This document shows positions 1 to 9,085 of a stretch of DNA of 64,000 nt, in pieces. Each line of letters opens with the position of its first letter. The stretch's first letter is position 1. Origin of the DNA: a virus (taxonomy: Duplodnaviria > Caudoviricetes). Under the pieces are notes generated by a model. That model worked only from the letters and a program-made list of their open reading frames with translations. It did no database searches and was not told where the DNA came from. The position numbers and the translations under genes are program-made. The stretch is taken from positions 1 to 64,000 of IMG/VR virus record IMGVR_UViG_3300042340_000394; one strand, 5' to 3'.

Positions 1-2
1 CC

Positions 3-899
3 GGTTCGGTGGTGTACCCCGACATCGCCACCGCGACGCTCGCGCCGGGGTCGTCGTCGTACCTGCGCATGCGCGACATCGCGACGGGCCGCGACGTGGC
101 GCTGGCGCCCGTGACGCTCCCGTCGGGGCAGACGGCGAACCTCCCCACGAACGCGAACGTGCCGCCGCCCGTGTCGCCGACGCCCGTGCCGGTGGCTCCG
201 ACGCCCGCTCCCGCGCCCGCTCCCGCGCCGGTTCCCGCGCCGGTTCCCGCGCCGGTTCCCGCGCCGGTTCCCGCGCCGGTTCCCGCGCTCCCGCCCACAC
301 GCACCGAGGAGCGAACGCTCACGGACGCCGATCGTCGTGTGCTCAACATCGGTGCGCAGGTAGCGCCCGCGCAGCAGAGTCTCGCCAGAGCCTTCGTGAG
401 TTCGACCGCGCCCGCGAACATCACCGTGCGTCCGTGGGCCGTGCAGCCCCCGTGGCGCATGCTCTCGCAGGAGCCCACGGGCAACTCGTTCCGCGCGCTC
501 GCCGAGGGGCCTCCCGACTCGGCGGGTTCGATCACGATCACGATGGACAACGGTCGCACCTCGCGCGTGCCGATTTCCACGACCGCGGGCCAGCAGACGA
601 ACGTGGTGGTGGCGATCGATTCGCAGGGCAACGCCACGATCCAGTCGGAGTGGCGCACGCCCATCGGCACCGATGCCGCGGTCGCGACGCCCACGTCGGG
701 CACGCGCCCCGAGTCGGTTCCCGGCAACAACAACGCGCTGGCCCCCGGACCCGCGCCGACGTACCCCGTGGCGCCCCCGCAACAGCCCACCGCACCGCCG
801 CAGCCGATGGGCACCGCGACGAAGGTCGGCATCGCCGTCGTCGGCGTCGCCGCCATCGGTGGCCTCGCGTGGTACGCGAAGAAGCGCCGCTGGATCTGA
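3..899 (+). CDS. 5'-partial Pro-rich protein with C-terminal membrane anchor, candidate virion spike or surface protein
   Basis: Frame is open from the window edge. It has a PAPV linker, a beta-rich middle, and ends KVGIAVVGVAAIGGLAWYAKKRRWI (TM helix plus basic tail). Paralog of 943..2169. Confidence 0.7.
   Translation, partial: GSVVYPDIATATLAPGSSSYLRMRDIATGRDVALAPVTLPSGQTANLPTNANVPPPVSPTPVPVAPTPAPAPAPAPVPAPVPAPVPAPVPAPVPALPPTRTEERTLTDADRRVLNIGAQVAPAQQSLARAFVSSTAPANITVRPWAVQPPWRMLSQEPTGNSFRALAEGPPDSAGSITITMDNGRTSRVPISTTAGQQTNVVVAIDSQGNATIQSEWRTPIGTDAAVATPTSGTRPESVPGNNNALAPGPAPTYPVAPPQQPTAPPQPMGTATKVGIAVVGVAAIGGLAWYAKKRRWI
204..287 (+). repeat. 12-bp tandem repeat encoding a PAPA/PVPA linker
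   Basis: Two cccgctcccgcg units followed by five ccggttcccgcg units (228-287). Confidence 0.9.
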
Positions 900-910
900 G
901 GAGAACGAAC

Positions 911-946
911 ATGGCAGCGAAGAAGAAGACGAAGAAGCCGAGATGA
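911..946 (+). CDS. 11-aa basic peptide MAAKKKTKKPR
   Basis: GAGGAG upstream; its stop overlaps the ATG at 943 (ATGA). Confidence 0.4.
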   Translation: MAAKKKTKKPR

Positions 947-2169
947 CTCCCTCCGAACAGGCAGAATTCAATCGCGTCGTAAGCGACTTCGTGATCGGTC
1001 CGTACGAGGTCGTCTCCGTCAACGGGCGGAAAACGTCGTCGTTCGTCTCCGGCGCGCAGGGCTCCGCGGTGTTCTTCTGGCGCGCTCCCGCGGGCCGCAT
1101 CTACATCGTCAACACGCAGGCGCCGTGGCTCATCCGTCTGATCCAGCAGGCGGTGGGCGCTCACGTCGATGGACGTTTCGGCGACAACACGCGCATCGCG
1201 ATCGTGAATGACGCACGTTCGCGCGGCGTGAACTTCGCCAACAACGAACCCGTGCTCGCGCCGCTGATGTCGTACGCGATCTGCCGCGCGCTGTTCGGCG
1301 GCATCGGCGACGTGGGCCTCCCCGGTTCGGTGGTGTACCCCGACATCGCCACCGCGACGCTCGCGCCGGGGTCGTCGTCGTACCTGCGCATGCGCGACAT
1401 CGCGACGGGCCGCGACGTGGCGCTGGCGCCCGTGACGCTCCCGTCGGGACAGACGGCGAACCTCCCCACGAACGCGAACGTGCCGCCGCCCGTCACGACG
1501 AACCCCGTGCCGGTGGCGCCCATCACTCGCACGGAGACGGCACCGCCCGAACTGCTCATCGCGGAGTGCTTGGTGACGTTCCTCCCGCCTCCCGCGAGCG
1601 AACTCGGTGGCCCCCCCGCGGGGTTCACTCCGTGGGCCGGTTCTGGCAACGTGCGCATCGTCTCGCAGTCCGCGGACGGCACGAACTCCACGAGCGCGCT
1701 GATCGAAGTGCGCCTCGCTCCCGGCGCCAGTGACACGCTGCCGGGGACGGTCACGCTCACGCGATACGACGGGTCGAGGGTCGTGTTCAACCTCACGCTG
1801 CCGTTCACGGCGGACCGGCGCACGATCGTTCGCCTTCAAGGGCACGTAACCCCCGCGGGCGTCACCAGCGTGACGGTGCTCTCGCAGACGAGCGAGGAGA
1901 TCCCGCCGCACGTCATCGCGCCCGTCATCCCGCCCGGTCCCGGTCCCGGTCCCGCGCCCGGTCTCCCGCCGACGCGCACTGAAGGGCTCCCCGGCAACAA
2001 CAACGCGCTGGCCCCCGGACCCGCGCCGACGTACCCCGTGGCGCCCCCGCAACAGCCCACCGCACCGCCGCAGCCGATGGGCACCGCGACGAAGGTCGGC
2101 ATCGCCGTCGTCGGCGTCGTCGCCATCGGTGGCCTCGCGTGGTACGCGAAGAAGAACCGCTGGATCTGA
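943..2169 (+). CDS. Pro-rich protein with C-terminal membrane anchor, paralog of the upstream gene
   Basis: Shares near-identical DNA blocks with the upstream gene and ends GGLAWYAKKNRWI. Confidence 0.75.
   Translation: MTPSEQAEFNRVVSDFVIGPYEVVSVNGRKTSSFVSGAQGSAVFFWRAPAGRIYIVNTQAPWLIRLIQQAVGAHVDGRFGDNTRIAIVNDARSRGVNFANNEPVLAPLMSYAICRALFGGIGDVGLPGSVVYPDIATATLAPGSSSYLRMRDIATGRDVALAPVTLPSGQTANLPTNANVPPPVTTNPVPVAPITRTETAPPELLIAECLVTFLPPPASELGGPPAGFTPWAGSGNVRIVSQSADGTNSTSALIEVRLAPGASDTLPGTVTLTRYDGSRVVFNLTLPFTADRRTIVRLQGHVTPAGVTSVTVLSQTSEEIPPHVIAPVIPPGPGPGPAPGLPPTRTEGLPGNNNALAPGPAPTYPVAPPQQPTAPPQPMGTATKVGIAVVGVVAIGGLAWYAKKNRWI
1322..2169 (+). repeat. Duplicated blocks: 1-172 matches 1322-1493, and 720-899 matches 1990-2169
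   Basis: Direct comparison shows only scattered substitutions; the sequence between the blocks is largely unrelated. Confidence 0.95.
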
Positions 2170-2182
2170 TCCCACGCCGCGC

Positions 2183-2218
2183 TTGAAACGTTCCGACGTT
2201 TCGCGCATTCTGCGGTGT
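2183..2218 (+). promoter_or_regulatory. Sigma70-like leaderless promoter (class II)
   Basis: TTGAAA-N17-CATTCT-N7-ATG. Confidence 0.55.
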
Positions 2219-2938
2219 ATGCACAACCGCCGCCGCCCCGCCCGACGATCCGTCCGCAACTCCAACCACGACGCAACGCCCTCCGCGATCATCAAGCGGT
2301 ACGGGCTCGCGCCCGAGTACGCCCACGTCACGACGGTGCCCTACCCCGAACTCCCGAACGAGGCCGACGTTCGCGCGTTCGGCCCGCTCGTGTGGCTCGA
2401 AGTCGAACGCTTCGACGGCAAGAAGGAGTTCTGGGACTTCGCCGCGCAGCCGAACCACGTCACCGACGCCGACCGGCAGTTCATGCCGCGCGTGTTCTAC
2501 GATCGCCGGAACGAGCAATACTGGTTCGTCGGCGGCGTGTTTCAAGTCGACGGCAAGGGGTTCCACCGCACGAAGAAGGGGCCGTGCGCTGCGTTCAAGC
2601 ACCGCGCGTGCGACCTCGACGCGGCGAAGCGCAAGCACCGCGCGCAGAACGACGATTACGCCTCGCACCACGGCGGACTCGAACCGCACGAGTGCGCTGA
2701 AGCCGAGATCGTTTTCCCCGAACGTGTGATCTGCGTCGGTCGGTGCCTCGCCGCCGCGTACGAAGCGAACCGCAACAACGGTAAGGGGCTCGTGAACTAC
2801 CGCCACGAGATGGCCGAAGACCACCCCGAGAGCGAACGTCACGAGAACCTCCCGTTCGTGGACGTTTCGGAGAGCGGGTGCCGCGTGTTTCTGCGGGGCG
2901 GCTCGATGCGCGTCAAGGACGGCTGGATGATCGACTGA
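2219..2938 (+). CDS. Hypothetical protein with basic N-terminal RRSVRNS tag
   Basis: Starts MHNRRRPARRSVRNSNH; the remainder looks globular. Confidence 0.75.
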   Translation: MHNRRRPARRSVRNSNHDATPSAIIKRYGLAPEYAHVTTVPYPELPNEADVRAFGPLVWLEVERFDGKKEFWDFAAQPNHVTDADRQFMPRVFYDRRNEQYWFVGGVFQVDGKGFHRTKKGPCAAFKHRACDLDAAKRKHRAQNDDYASHHGGLEPHECAEAEIVFPERVICVGRCLAAAYEANRNNGKGLVNYRHEMAEDHPESERHENLPFVDVSESGCRVFLRGGSMRVKDGWMID

Positions 2939-2982
2939 ACGCGCTTGACGGACGCCGCGAAGTGTGGTTGTCGCGGCGCTTC

Positions 2983-3351
2983 TCAGCCTCCGGTCACGGA
3001 TCGCTTGTTCGGCGACGTGATCGCGTTCCCTCCCGCGGACCGCATCGCTTTACGCAGTGAAACACGCACAAAACGAGTCACGTCGTACGGGTCGTCCGGG
3101 TGCGACGTGTTGATCTTCTTGACGTGCGCGGACACCTCCGCGATGAGCGTTTCGTCGAGGATCACGTCGTCTACGCGCACCATTCCCGCGAGGTACGCGC
3201 GCAGCGCTGCGCGCATGAACGAGGCGAGCGTCATCGGGTCCGATTGCGGGTGCGCGACGTTCCACGCCGAAATCGCCACGTCGACCTTCGCGCGCAGCGG
3301 GGCGTCCAGAAGCGAGAACGACGTTGCGGAATTCTGCGGTTTTCGCGGCAT
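2983..3351 (-). CDS. Putative tandem ribbon-helix-helix-type DNA-binding protein
   Basis: Two similar units (TLASFMRAALRAYL and DVTRFVRVSLRKAM); divergent from the structural operon. Confidence 0.5.
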   Translation of the reverse strand: MPRKPQNSATSFSLLDAPLRAKVDVAISAWNVAHPQSDPMTLASFMRAALRAYLAGMVRVDDVILDETLIAEVSAHVKKINTSHPDDPYDVTRFVRVSLRKAMRSAGGNAITSPNKRSVTGG

Positions 3352-3368
3352 TTGAACCGACGCTAACC

Positions 3369-3407
3369 CAACGAAACTCAATTCGCAACAACGTTTGAGT
3401 TTTGTTG
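3369..3407. promoter_or_regulatory. AT-rich inverted repeat, candidate operator
   Basis: caacgaaactcaa-N13-ttgagttttgttg (12/13 match) in the divergent intergenic region. Confidence 0.55.
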
Positions 3408-3480
3408 TGAATAGACTGCGGGCATGGCGTTCGCAATCGTAGACGCGATTGCGGCGAGTCGGTATCTACGCTTCACACCG

Positions 3481-4059
3481 ATGGCGCACGACAACCGCAA
3501 CACCCGAACCGTGACGCTGCTCAACCCCGGTGGGAGGTCAGACAACATGGCTCATCGTTCGCTCCGCAACCCGCCCGAGGGCGGCTACCTCAAGACGGCC
3601 CTGCGCATGCTCGGCGTGACCGCCGTCGCCGCCGTGGGCGCTGGCGCCGCCTCGTACCTCGTCGCTCGCTTCGCGGGCACGGAGGGCGAGGGGACGCAGG
3701 ATCTCATCATCGGCCTGAGCGGCTTCGGCATCGGCGCCGCGCTGATGCTGCTCGGCACCCCCGGCATGGTGCGCTCGTCCGTGGGCCTCGGCATCGCCGC
3801 GGGCACGGGCACGCTCGCGGTGCTCCGCTACAGCGCGTACAAGCTCGGCGGCGATCAGGTCGCCGCGGCCCTCGACGCGCAGCGCACCGCGATGGCCGCG
3901 AGCTACGGCTCCGCCTCCGGCGTCTACGGCGCGGGCGGGCTCCCCGTCGGCAGCAACGCCTACATGGGCCTCGGCGCGGGCTACCCGTACTCGACGATCC
4001 CCGCGGGCGCTCCCGTGGGCGACAACGCGTACCGCGGGTGGGGCACCGCCGCCGCCTGA
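3481..4059 (+). CDS. Gly/Ala-rich membrane protein with LLNPGG and RSLRNPP tags, candidate virion membrane protein
   Basis: About three hydrophobic segments; lies directly upstream of the candidate capsid gene. Confidence 0.7.
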   Translation: MAHDNRNTRTVTLLNPGGRSDNMAHRSLRNPPEGGYLKTALRMLGVTAVAAVGAGAASYLVARFAGTEGEGTQDLIIGLSGFGIGAALMLLGTPGMVRSSVGLGIAAGTGTLAVLRYSAYKLGGDQVAAALDAQRTAMAASYGSASGVYGAGGLPVGSNAYMGLGAGYPYSTIPAGAPVGDNAYRGWGTAAA

Positions 4060-4151
4060 GCAACCACGCCCGACCGCGTGAGTGAGTCGGGCACGCACAA
4101 GTCTTCAACGGGCCGATGGCCCACAAACGTTCGCAGAAGAAGGATCAGACA

Positions 4152-5063
4152 ATGGCTCAGTGGATTTCCAAGAACGGCACGTCGAGCGTCAACCTGAACG
4201 ATCGCGTCTCGTCGCTCCGCGTTCATCACCAGAAGATGGCGTTCGTGTGGCAGTACGACCTGCCGACGAACACCTGCATCCCCCTCACCAGCCTCCTCAC
4301 CGCCTTCACCAGCGGCATCGACGACACCACGGCCCTCCCGTTCGCGCAGGCGGGCTACTCGACGGCGACCGTGCCGAACAACTCGATCGACGTGACGTCG
4401 ACCTACAAGGGCGGCGCGTTCTCGATCACCGACCCCTGCATCATCCTCTCGGTGGGCCTCATGCCCGAGCAGACGCTCCGCGTGATGCCCCTCGCGAGCG
4501 GCACGTCGCTCGACTCGGGCACCCCCCAGGTTCCCCGCTTCGGCGGCACCGTGACCGACCTGTCGGCGCAGTTCGACGACTTTTGGGGCGCGATGGTGCA
4601 CCAGTCGTTCGCGAACGTGCTGCCCCCCGGCAACAACACGATGTGCTCGGCGTTCCTCGGTCTGCCCCAGTTCTTCAACTCGGGCATGGGCCAGTCGAAC
4701 TCGCCGAACCTCTCGACCCCCGGCCAGAACCGGCCCGAGGCGCGGTACACGTTCGCCAACGAGATCTTCGTCGAGCCGAACCTGCGGAACATGGGCGACT
4801 TCAACCCGAACCGCCTTCAGTTCACGTTCGGCCCGAGCGTCGCTTCGACGTCGGTCCCCGGCACCGCGTCCCTGAACGTGCAGAAGCTCCCCGCGCTCTC
4901 GGCCCTCACCGACAACGACCTCATCGTGCTCGACCTGATCGTGAGCGTCGAGTACGCGCGCGTGAAGTTCTCGGCCGACGAGTCGGAGTACGACGGCGTC
5001 GAGGAGATCGACAAGCGCAAGATCGCGTACTTCCGCGGCGCCAACTCGTTCTGCGGCATCTGA
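4152..5063 (+). CDS. Candidate major capsid protein (about 303 aa, beta-rich)
   Basis: AAGGA ribosome-binding site, strongly biased codons, S/T/N/P/F-rich, set among membrane and beta-rich genes. The CDS is secure; the capsid function is inferred. Confidence 0.5.
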   Translation: MAQWISKNGTSSVNLNDRVSSLRVHHQKMAFVWQYDLPTNTCIPLTSLLTAFTSGIDDTTALPFAQAGYSTATVPNNSIDVTSTYKGGAFSITDPCIILSVGLMPEQTLRVMPLASGTSLDSGTPQVPRFGGTVTDLSAQFDDFWGAMVHQSFANVLPPGNNTMCSAFLGLPQFFNSGMGQSNSPNLSTPGQNRPEARYTFANEIFVEPNLRNMGDFNPNRLQFTFGPSVASTSVPGTASLNVQKLPALSALTDNDLIVLDLIVSVEYARVKFSADESEYDGVEEIDKRKIAYFRGANSFCGI

Positions 5064-5146
5064 TCGCGCACTGCTGACATGGCGGCGGGCGGGAGCGATC
5101 ACGATCGCCCTGTACCGCCGCCGCGTCGCAATGAAGGAGCAACGAA

Positions 5147-5662
5147 GTGGACACGCGTGGCGCACTGATCGTAGACCTTTCGGGCAACAACAAGATGTCC
5201 CCGGTTGCTCCCTACGTGGTGCGCAACATCCCCGCGCTTGTCCCCGCCGCCCCGCCCGCCGCCGACACTGCGTTCGCCAACATGGTATTGTGGTACAACG
5301 TCCCGCAAGGCGCCACCACGATCTACGTCGGCGACAAGTTCGATCTGATGGGCGTGCCATTCACGTTCCCGTTCCAAATCGACTGGCGCCTCTACCACGG
5401 CGTCGGATGCGAAGGTTCGGGCGCGGTGTTCGATCAAGAGCCCGCCGCGGGCACGACGAACGTCAAGTCGGCGTCGGACTTCTCGCGTGAGGGTATGCTG
5501 TTCCAGTTCGGCGGGCTGCAAGCGGACCAGTTCCTACTGCAAGCCCGCGTCCGTGTCGCCGCCGCGAGTGCCACGCAACTCAAGGCGACGATCTTCGCTC
5601 GATTTCAACCGGGATTGCAGCAGGGCGCACCCGCAATTTCGGTCGGTTCCGTCATCGGCTAG
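5147..5662 (+). CDS. Beta-rich candidate minor structural protein
   Basis: AAGGAG before GTG; same operon as the candidate capsid gene. Confidence 0.55.
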   Translation: MDTRGALIVDLSGNNKMSPVAPYVVRNIPALVPAAPPAADTAFANMVLWYNVPQGATTIYVGDKFDLMGVPFTFPFQIDWRLYHGVGCEGSGAVFDQEPAAGTTNVKSASDFSREGMLFQFGGLQADQFLLQARVRVAAASATQLKATIFARFQPGLQQGAPAISVGSVIG

Positions 5663-5682
5663 CGCCAGAAAAAGGCAATCAA

Positions 5683-6126
5683 GTGAGAGACATCAAGTTT
5701 CCCGAAGCCCTGCCCGATCGCATCTTCACGCTGTCGAACACCGCGAACGCGGCGTCGGCCGTGCGTCCCGTGATCCGCACCGTCGATGCGACGACCAACT
5801 TCGTCACCGACGGCGGTTCGCACATCGTGACGCTCAACCTCAAGTTGGTCAACGCGAGCGGCGCGGCGACCCGCGGCACCGTGAACTTCGCTGTCGTGCC
5901 GTCCGGTACAACGCTCGCGAACAACGCGTTCGGCGTGAGCGTCGGCGTGCTGGCAGGCCCCAACAACGGATCGACGACCCCCGCGGGCGGCTCGATCAAC
6001 ATCGTCTCCGCCGCGACCGGCATTATCACGGCAACGTGCACGCTCTCGGGCGCGTCGGCCACGACCCAGATCATCATTTCGTACGGTGGCTACCAGATCG
6101 TCGTGACCGATCTGCCGATCGCCTGA
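5683..6126 (+). CDS. Ig-like, T/S/G/A-rich candidate structural protein
   Basis: Alternating beta-strand pattern (VTLNLKLVNASG, GIITATCTL). Confidence 0.55.
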   Translation: MRDIKFPEALPDRIFTLSNTANAASAVRPVIRTVDATTNFVTDGGSHIVTLNLKLVNASGAATRGTVNFAVVPSGTTLANNAFGVSVGVLAGPNNGSTTPAGGSINIVSAATGIITATCTLSGASATTQIIISYGGYQIVVTDLPIA

Positions 6127-6131
6127 TCCGG

Positions 6132-6650
6132 TCACCACACCCACGCCTTCCCGCACGAATCGCTGCGCGGACCGATTCGCCTTCCGAAAACGCAGCGGTC
6201 GATCCCCACGCACCACCCACACCCGGTCCCGTCGGCGTACCGCACGGCGGTGCACTCCGCGATCGTAGAGATGCGCTCGCAGACGGCGAACACGTCCACG
6301 TCTGCGGGCGCGTCCACCGCGTCGCTGGCATCCACCGCAGCGTCGCCCGCGTCGAGCGCCACGTCGCCCGCGGAGGCGTCGCTGGCGTCGTCCGTCGCGT
6401 CGGCAACCTGCACGTCGGCGTCGGCCACCGCCGTCTCGGTCACGTCGGCATCGTTGCTGGCGTCGTCCGCGAGCACCACGTCGGGCTGCGCGGCATCGGC
6501 GGGCGCGGCATCGTCCGCGCCGTCGCGGACGTCCGCGTCGCCGCGTGCGTCGTTCGGGGCGGCGTCGGGCGAGGTGACGGCTGAGAGCACGAAGGCGTCG
6601 GGCGCGTTGCACCCGGCGACGAGAGCGATGATGGTGAGGTGCTTGAACAT
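6132..6650 (-). CDS. Lipoprotein with DA-rich low-complexity linker and Cys-rich C-terminus
   Basis: MFKHLTIIALVAGC lipobox, DAGDAAVDASDA repeats, CGWCVGIDRC motif. Confidence 0.75.
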   Translation of the reverse strand: MFKHLTIIALVAGCNAPDAFVLSAVTSPDAAPNDARGDADVRDGADDAAPADAAQPDVVLADDASNDADVTETAVADADVQVADATDDASDASAGDVALDAGDAAVDASDAVDAPADVDVFAVCERISTIAECTAVRYADGTGCGWCVGIDRCVFGRRIGPRSDSCGKAWVW

Positions 6651-6688
6651 GGTGGGCATTCTACGCCTCCCGCGTAGTGAACCTTACG
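6651..6688 (-). promoter_or_regulatory. ECF-type promoter (class I)
   Basis: cGTAAGgttcactacgcgggaggCGTAGAAtgcccaccATG. Confidence 0.7.
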
Positions 6689-6977
6689 CCGCCCCGCCGA
6701 TTTCCTCCGCCGCGAGCGGGTGCCTCGCGCGCCACCACCGCCGCCACGCGGGGTAGGCCAGAAACAACGCGCACCCGACCAGCGCGGACCAGCAACGTCC
6801 CGTGACGAAATACGCGAACCACGCGGCCTCGCGCATCACGAAGTACCGCACGATCCACTTGTGGTAAGACACGGTGGGCAAGGCGCGCGATGCCTTCCGC
6901 TCCGCGAGACGGTCGGAGAGCACGACCGCGGCGAGCACCACGGCGACGACGACGGCCTCGACGTGCCACGTTTTCAC
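6684..6977 (-). CDS. Small membrane protein
   Basis: Hydrophobic segments; 4-nt overlap with the upstream gene. Confidence 0.5.
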   Translation of the reverse strand: MKTWHVEAVVVAVVLAAVVLSDRLAERKASRALPTVSYHKWIVRYFVMREAAWFAYFVTGRCWSALVGCALFLAYPAWRRWWRARHPLAAEEIGGAA

Positions 6978-7591
6978 GTCGCCTCCAGTTTCGCGCGCCA
7001 CGCCTCTTGCTCGCGGACGAGTGCGTCGCCGACGATTTCGGGCCGCTTGACGGTGACCTTGACGTTCCACGCGGAACCGAAGTCCCACTGCGTCTCGCGG
7101 TAGCCGGTGTCTTCGAGCACGTACCGCCCGTCGCGCTTCACCTCGCGCTTGCGGGCGACGGTGAACGTCACCGTCGACTCACCCGAGAGTTCGTATCCTT
7201 GCAGTCCCGTGCGAGCGTTTTCGAGCGCGATGCGGCTCAGAAAATTCTCCGCGAGCGTGTGGATCGCGAAGCCCTCCTCGGCGCTCCCGTCGATGTAGTA
7301 GCGATAGATCGCCTTGTCGCCGTTCGCCGCAGTGCCGACCCACACGGTGTCGCACGCGAGCCCGCTCCGCATCGTGAGGTCGCGCACCCCGTGGCGCGCT
7401 CGCACGAGACGCTCCCACTCGCGGAGCCACTCGATGCCGTGCGCGTCCGCGGCGTCCGACGCCTTGCGCTTGCCCTTCGCGAGCAAGCGGTCGCGTTCGT
7501 CGAAGTACGCGCGGCGCATGGCCCACGCGTGATCGCACGGGGCGAGCCCCGCCTTGTTCCATTGCAGTTCCGCGATCGTTCGCTTGCTCAT
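6974..7591 (-). CDS. Hypothetical protein
   Basis: Overlap-coupled operon; protein-like composition. Confidence 0.65.
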   Translation of the reverse strand: MSKRTIAELQWNKAGLAPCDHAWAMRRAYFDERDRLLAKGKRKASDAADAHGIEWLREWERLVRARHGVRDLTMRSGLACDTVWVGTAANGDKAIYRYYIDGSAEEGFAIHTLAENFLSRIALENARTGLQGYELSGESTVTFTVARKREVKRDGRYVLEDTGYRETQWDFGSAWNVKVTVKRPEIVGDALVREQEAWRAKLEAT

Positions 7592-7806
7592 CGCCCCATC
7601 CTCTTGCCTTCGCCGTTGCCTACGAGGTCGTTGTAGCGCGCGAGCCACCACGACGACTTGCGGTACGCCTCCGCTGCACGCTTCGCGTTGCCGACGGCCT
7701 CCGCCTCGTTGTGCTCGCCGAGCCACGCCGCGCTCATGTTCATCGCGTGCTCCGCGGGCGTGAGCCGCCCGATGTTCTGCGGGTCGCCGATCGTTCGCTT
7801 GCTCAC
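7588..7806 (-). CDS. Hypothetical protein
   Basis: 4-nt overlaps on both sides; starts (M)SKRTI like its neighbour. Confidence 0.55.
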   Translation of the reverse strand: MSKRTIGDPQNIGRLTPAEHAMNMSAAWLGEHNEAEAVGNAKRAAEAYRKSSWWLARYNDLVGNGEGKRMGR

Positions 7807-8102
7807 GGCGCGTGCATCCAATCGTTCGCGTTGGGCGCCGGGAACGCCCACCGCTCGCCGCGTTCGGCGCCGATCCACGGAGCGATGGCGGCGTCTACCG
7901 CGTCGTCGTGGCGCTTGTAGGTCGGCGTCTCGGCGGTGCCGCCGTCGGGCAACTGCACGGTCGCGACGTACGCGCCGCGATTGCCGCGGATGGTGGCGAG
8001 CACTCGCGCGTGGCGATCGGTCGAGACGATGTTCCACGTTGCGCCGTCGCGGCTCACGCGAGCGCCTACGGTGCGAAGGTCGTGTGCGGTGTCGGCGTTC
8101 AT
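7803..8102 (-). CDS. Hypothetical protein
   Basis: Class I promoter immediately upstream (8103-8141). Confidence 0.65.
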   Translation of the reverse strand: MNADTAHDLRTVGARVSRDGATWNIVSTDRHARVLATIRGNRGAYVATVQLPDGGTAETPTYKRHDDAVDAAIAPWIGAERGERWAFPAPNANDWMHAP

Positions 8103-8363
8103 AGTGCCTCTTGTACGGCGCGGGGCGACCGATTCTTTACGGCGAAACGACCGCGCCATCGCCGCACTTACCGCAGAGTCGATTCATGCGACATTTGCCG
8201 TTGGTGAGCGGTCGCCAAGCGACGTTTCCCTTCGCAATCGCGACGTGGCATCGGATGCGCTCGTGCGCCTTGCGCGCCACGCCAGCGTTCCACACCATGC
8301 CGCAGTACCGCGCGAGCCCGCGGTCGACTACGGTGCGGAGGCTGCGTGCGGAGTCATCGTTCG

Positions 8364-8852
8364 TCACGACAACCTCGCGCGGTCGCCGAGAAGCGTCGCG
8401 ATCATCCTCGGGCCGACGCCGTTCTTCCGCAGCGCGGCGTCGTACCGGATCATGGCATCGTCGAGGCCATCCAGCGCGCGGTCGAGCGTCCGATCGAGCG
8501 TCGTCAGGACGTGGCGCCAGCGCATCGCGCAGTGAATGCTCCATGCTTGGTCGCGCACCAGCAACCCGCGCTTGATGCCCTCGCCGACGTGCCGCGCGGG
8601 GAGGCCCGCGAGCGCCGCCGTGTGCATCGCGACGGCCCGTGCGAGAACGTTCGCGTCGCAGTCCTTGACCCACACGCGTATCGTAGACGGCGTGGGGAAC
8701 GGCGACTCGCCCGCGAACGCCCGCAGCACGTCGCCGAACGCGATCAGTCGCGCGAGGGCTACGTCGTCGGTCACCGGGGCGTCCGCATCGTCGGCGAGCG
8801 CGAGCGCGAGGGCGGCGTCGAGAACCTGTTGCTGGAGTGCGGTGGTCACCAT
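8364..8852 (-). CDS. Hypothetical helical protein
   Basis: Coupled ORF in an operon. Confidence 0.55.
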   Translation of the reverse strand: MVTTALQQQVLDAALALALADDADAPVTDDVALARLIAFGDVLRAFAGESPFPTPSTIRVWVKDCDANVLARAVAMHTAALAGLPARHVGEGIKRGLLVRDQAWSIHCAMRWRHVLTTLDRTLDRALDGLDDAMIRYDAALRKNGVGPRMIATLLGDRARLS

Positions 8853-9085
8853 TTGCCTGCCTTCTGGATCGCTTCGATTTGCGCCTTGTGCGCGTCGGTG
8901 AGCGCGACGTTCGACGTGCTCGTCGCGGCCTTGCCGCTGCCCGTGCAGTAGGCGCCCTTCGGCCCGTGGTTCGTTGCGCGGTAGCGACCGTAGGGGTCGC
9001 CCTTCGCGCGGAGTGGCTTGCCCATCATGTTCTGAGCGCGGACGACGCGCTGGCAGAACGGGCAGACGACGTGGATCTTGTTCAC
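8846..9085 (-). CDS. Small zinc-finger-like protein
   Basis: CPFC...H...C pattern. Confidence 0.55.
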   Translation of the reverse strand: MNKIHVVCPFCQRVVRAQNMMGKPLRAKGDPYGRYRATNHGPKGAYCTGSGKAATSTSNVALTDAHKAQIEAIQKAGKW

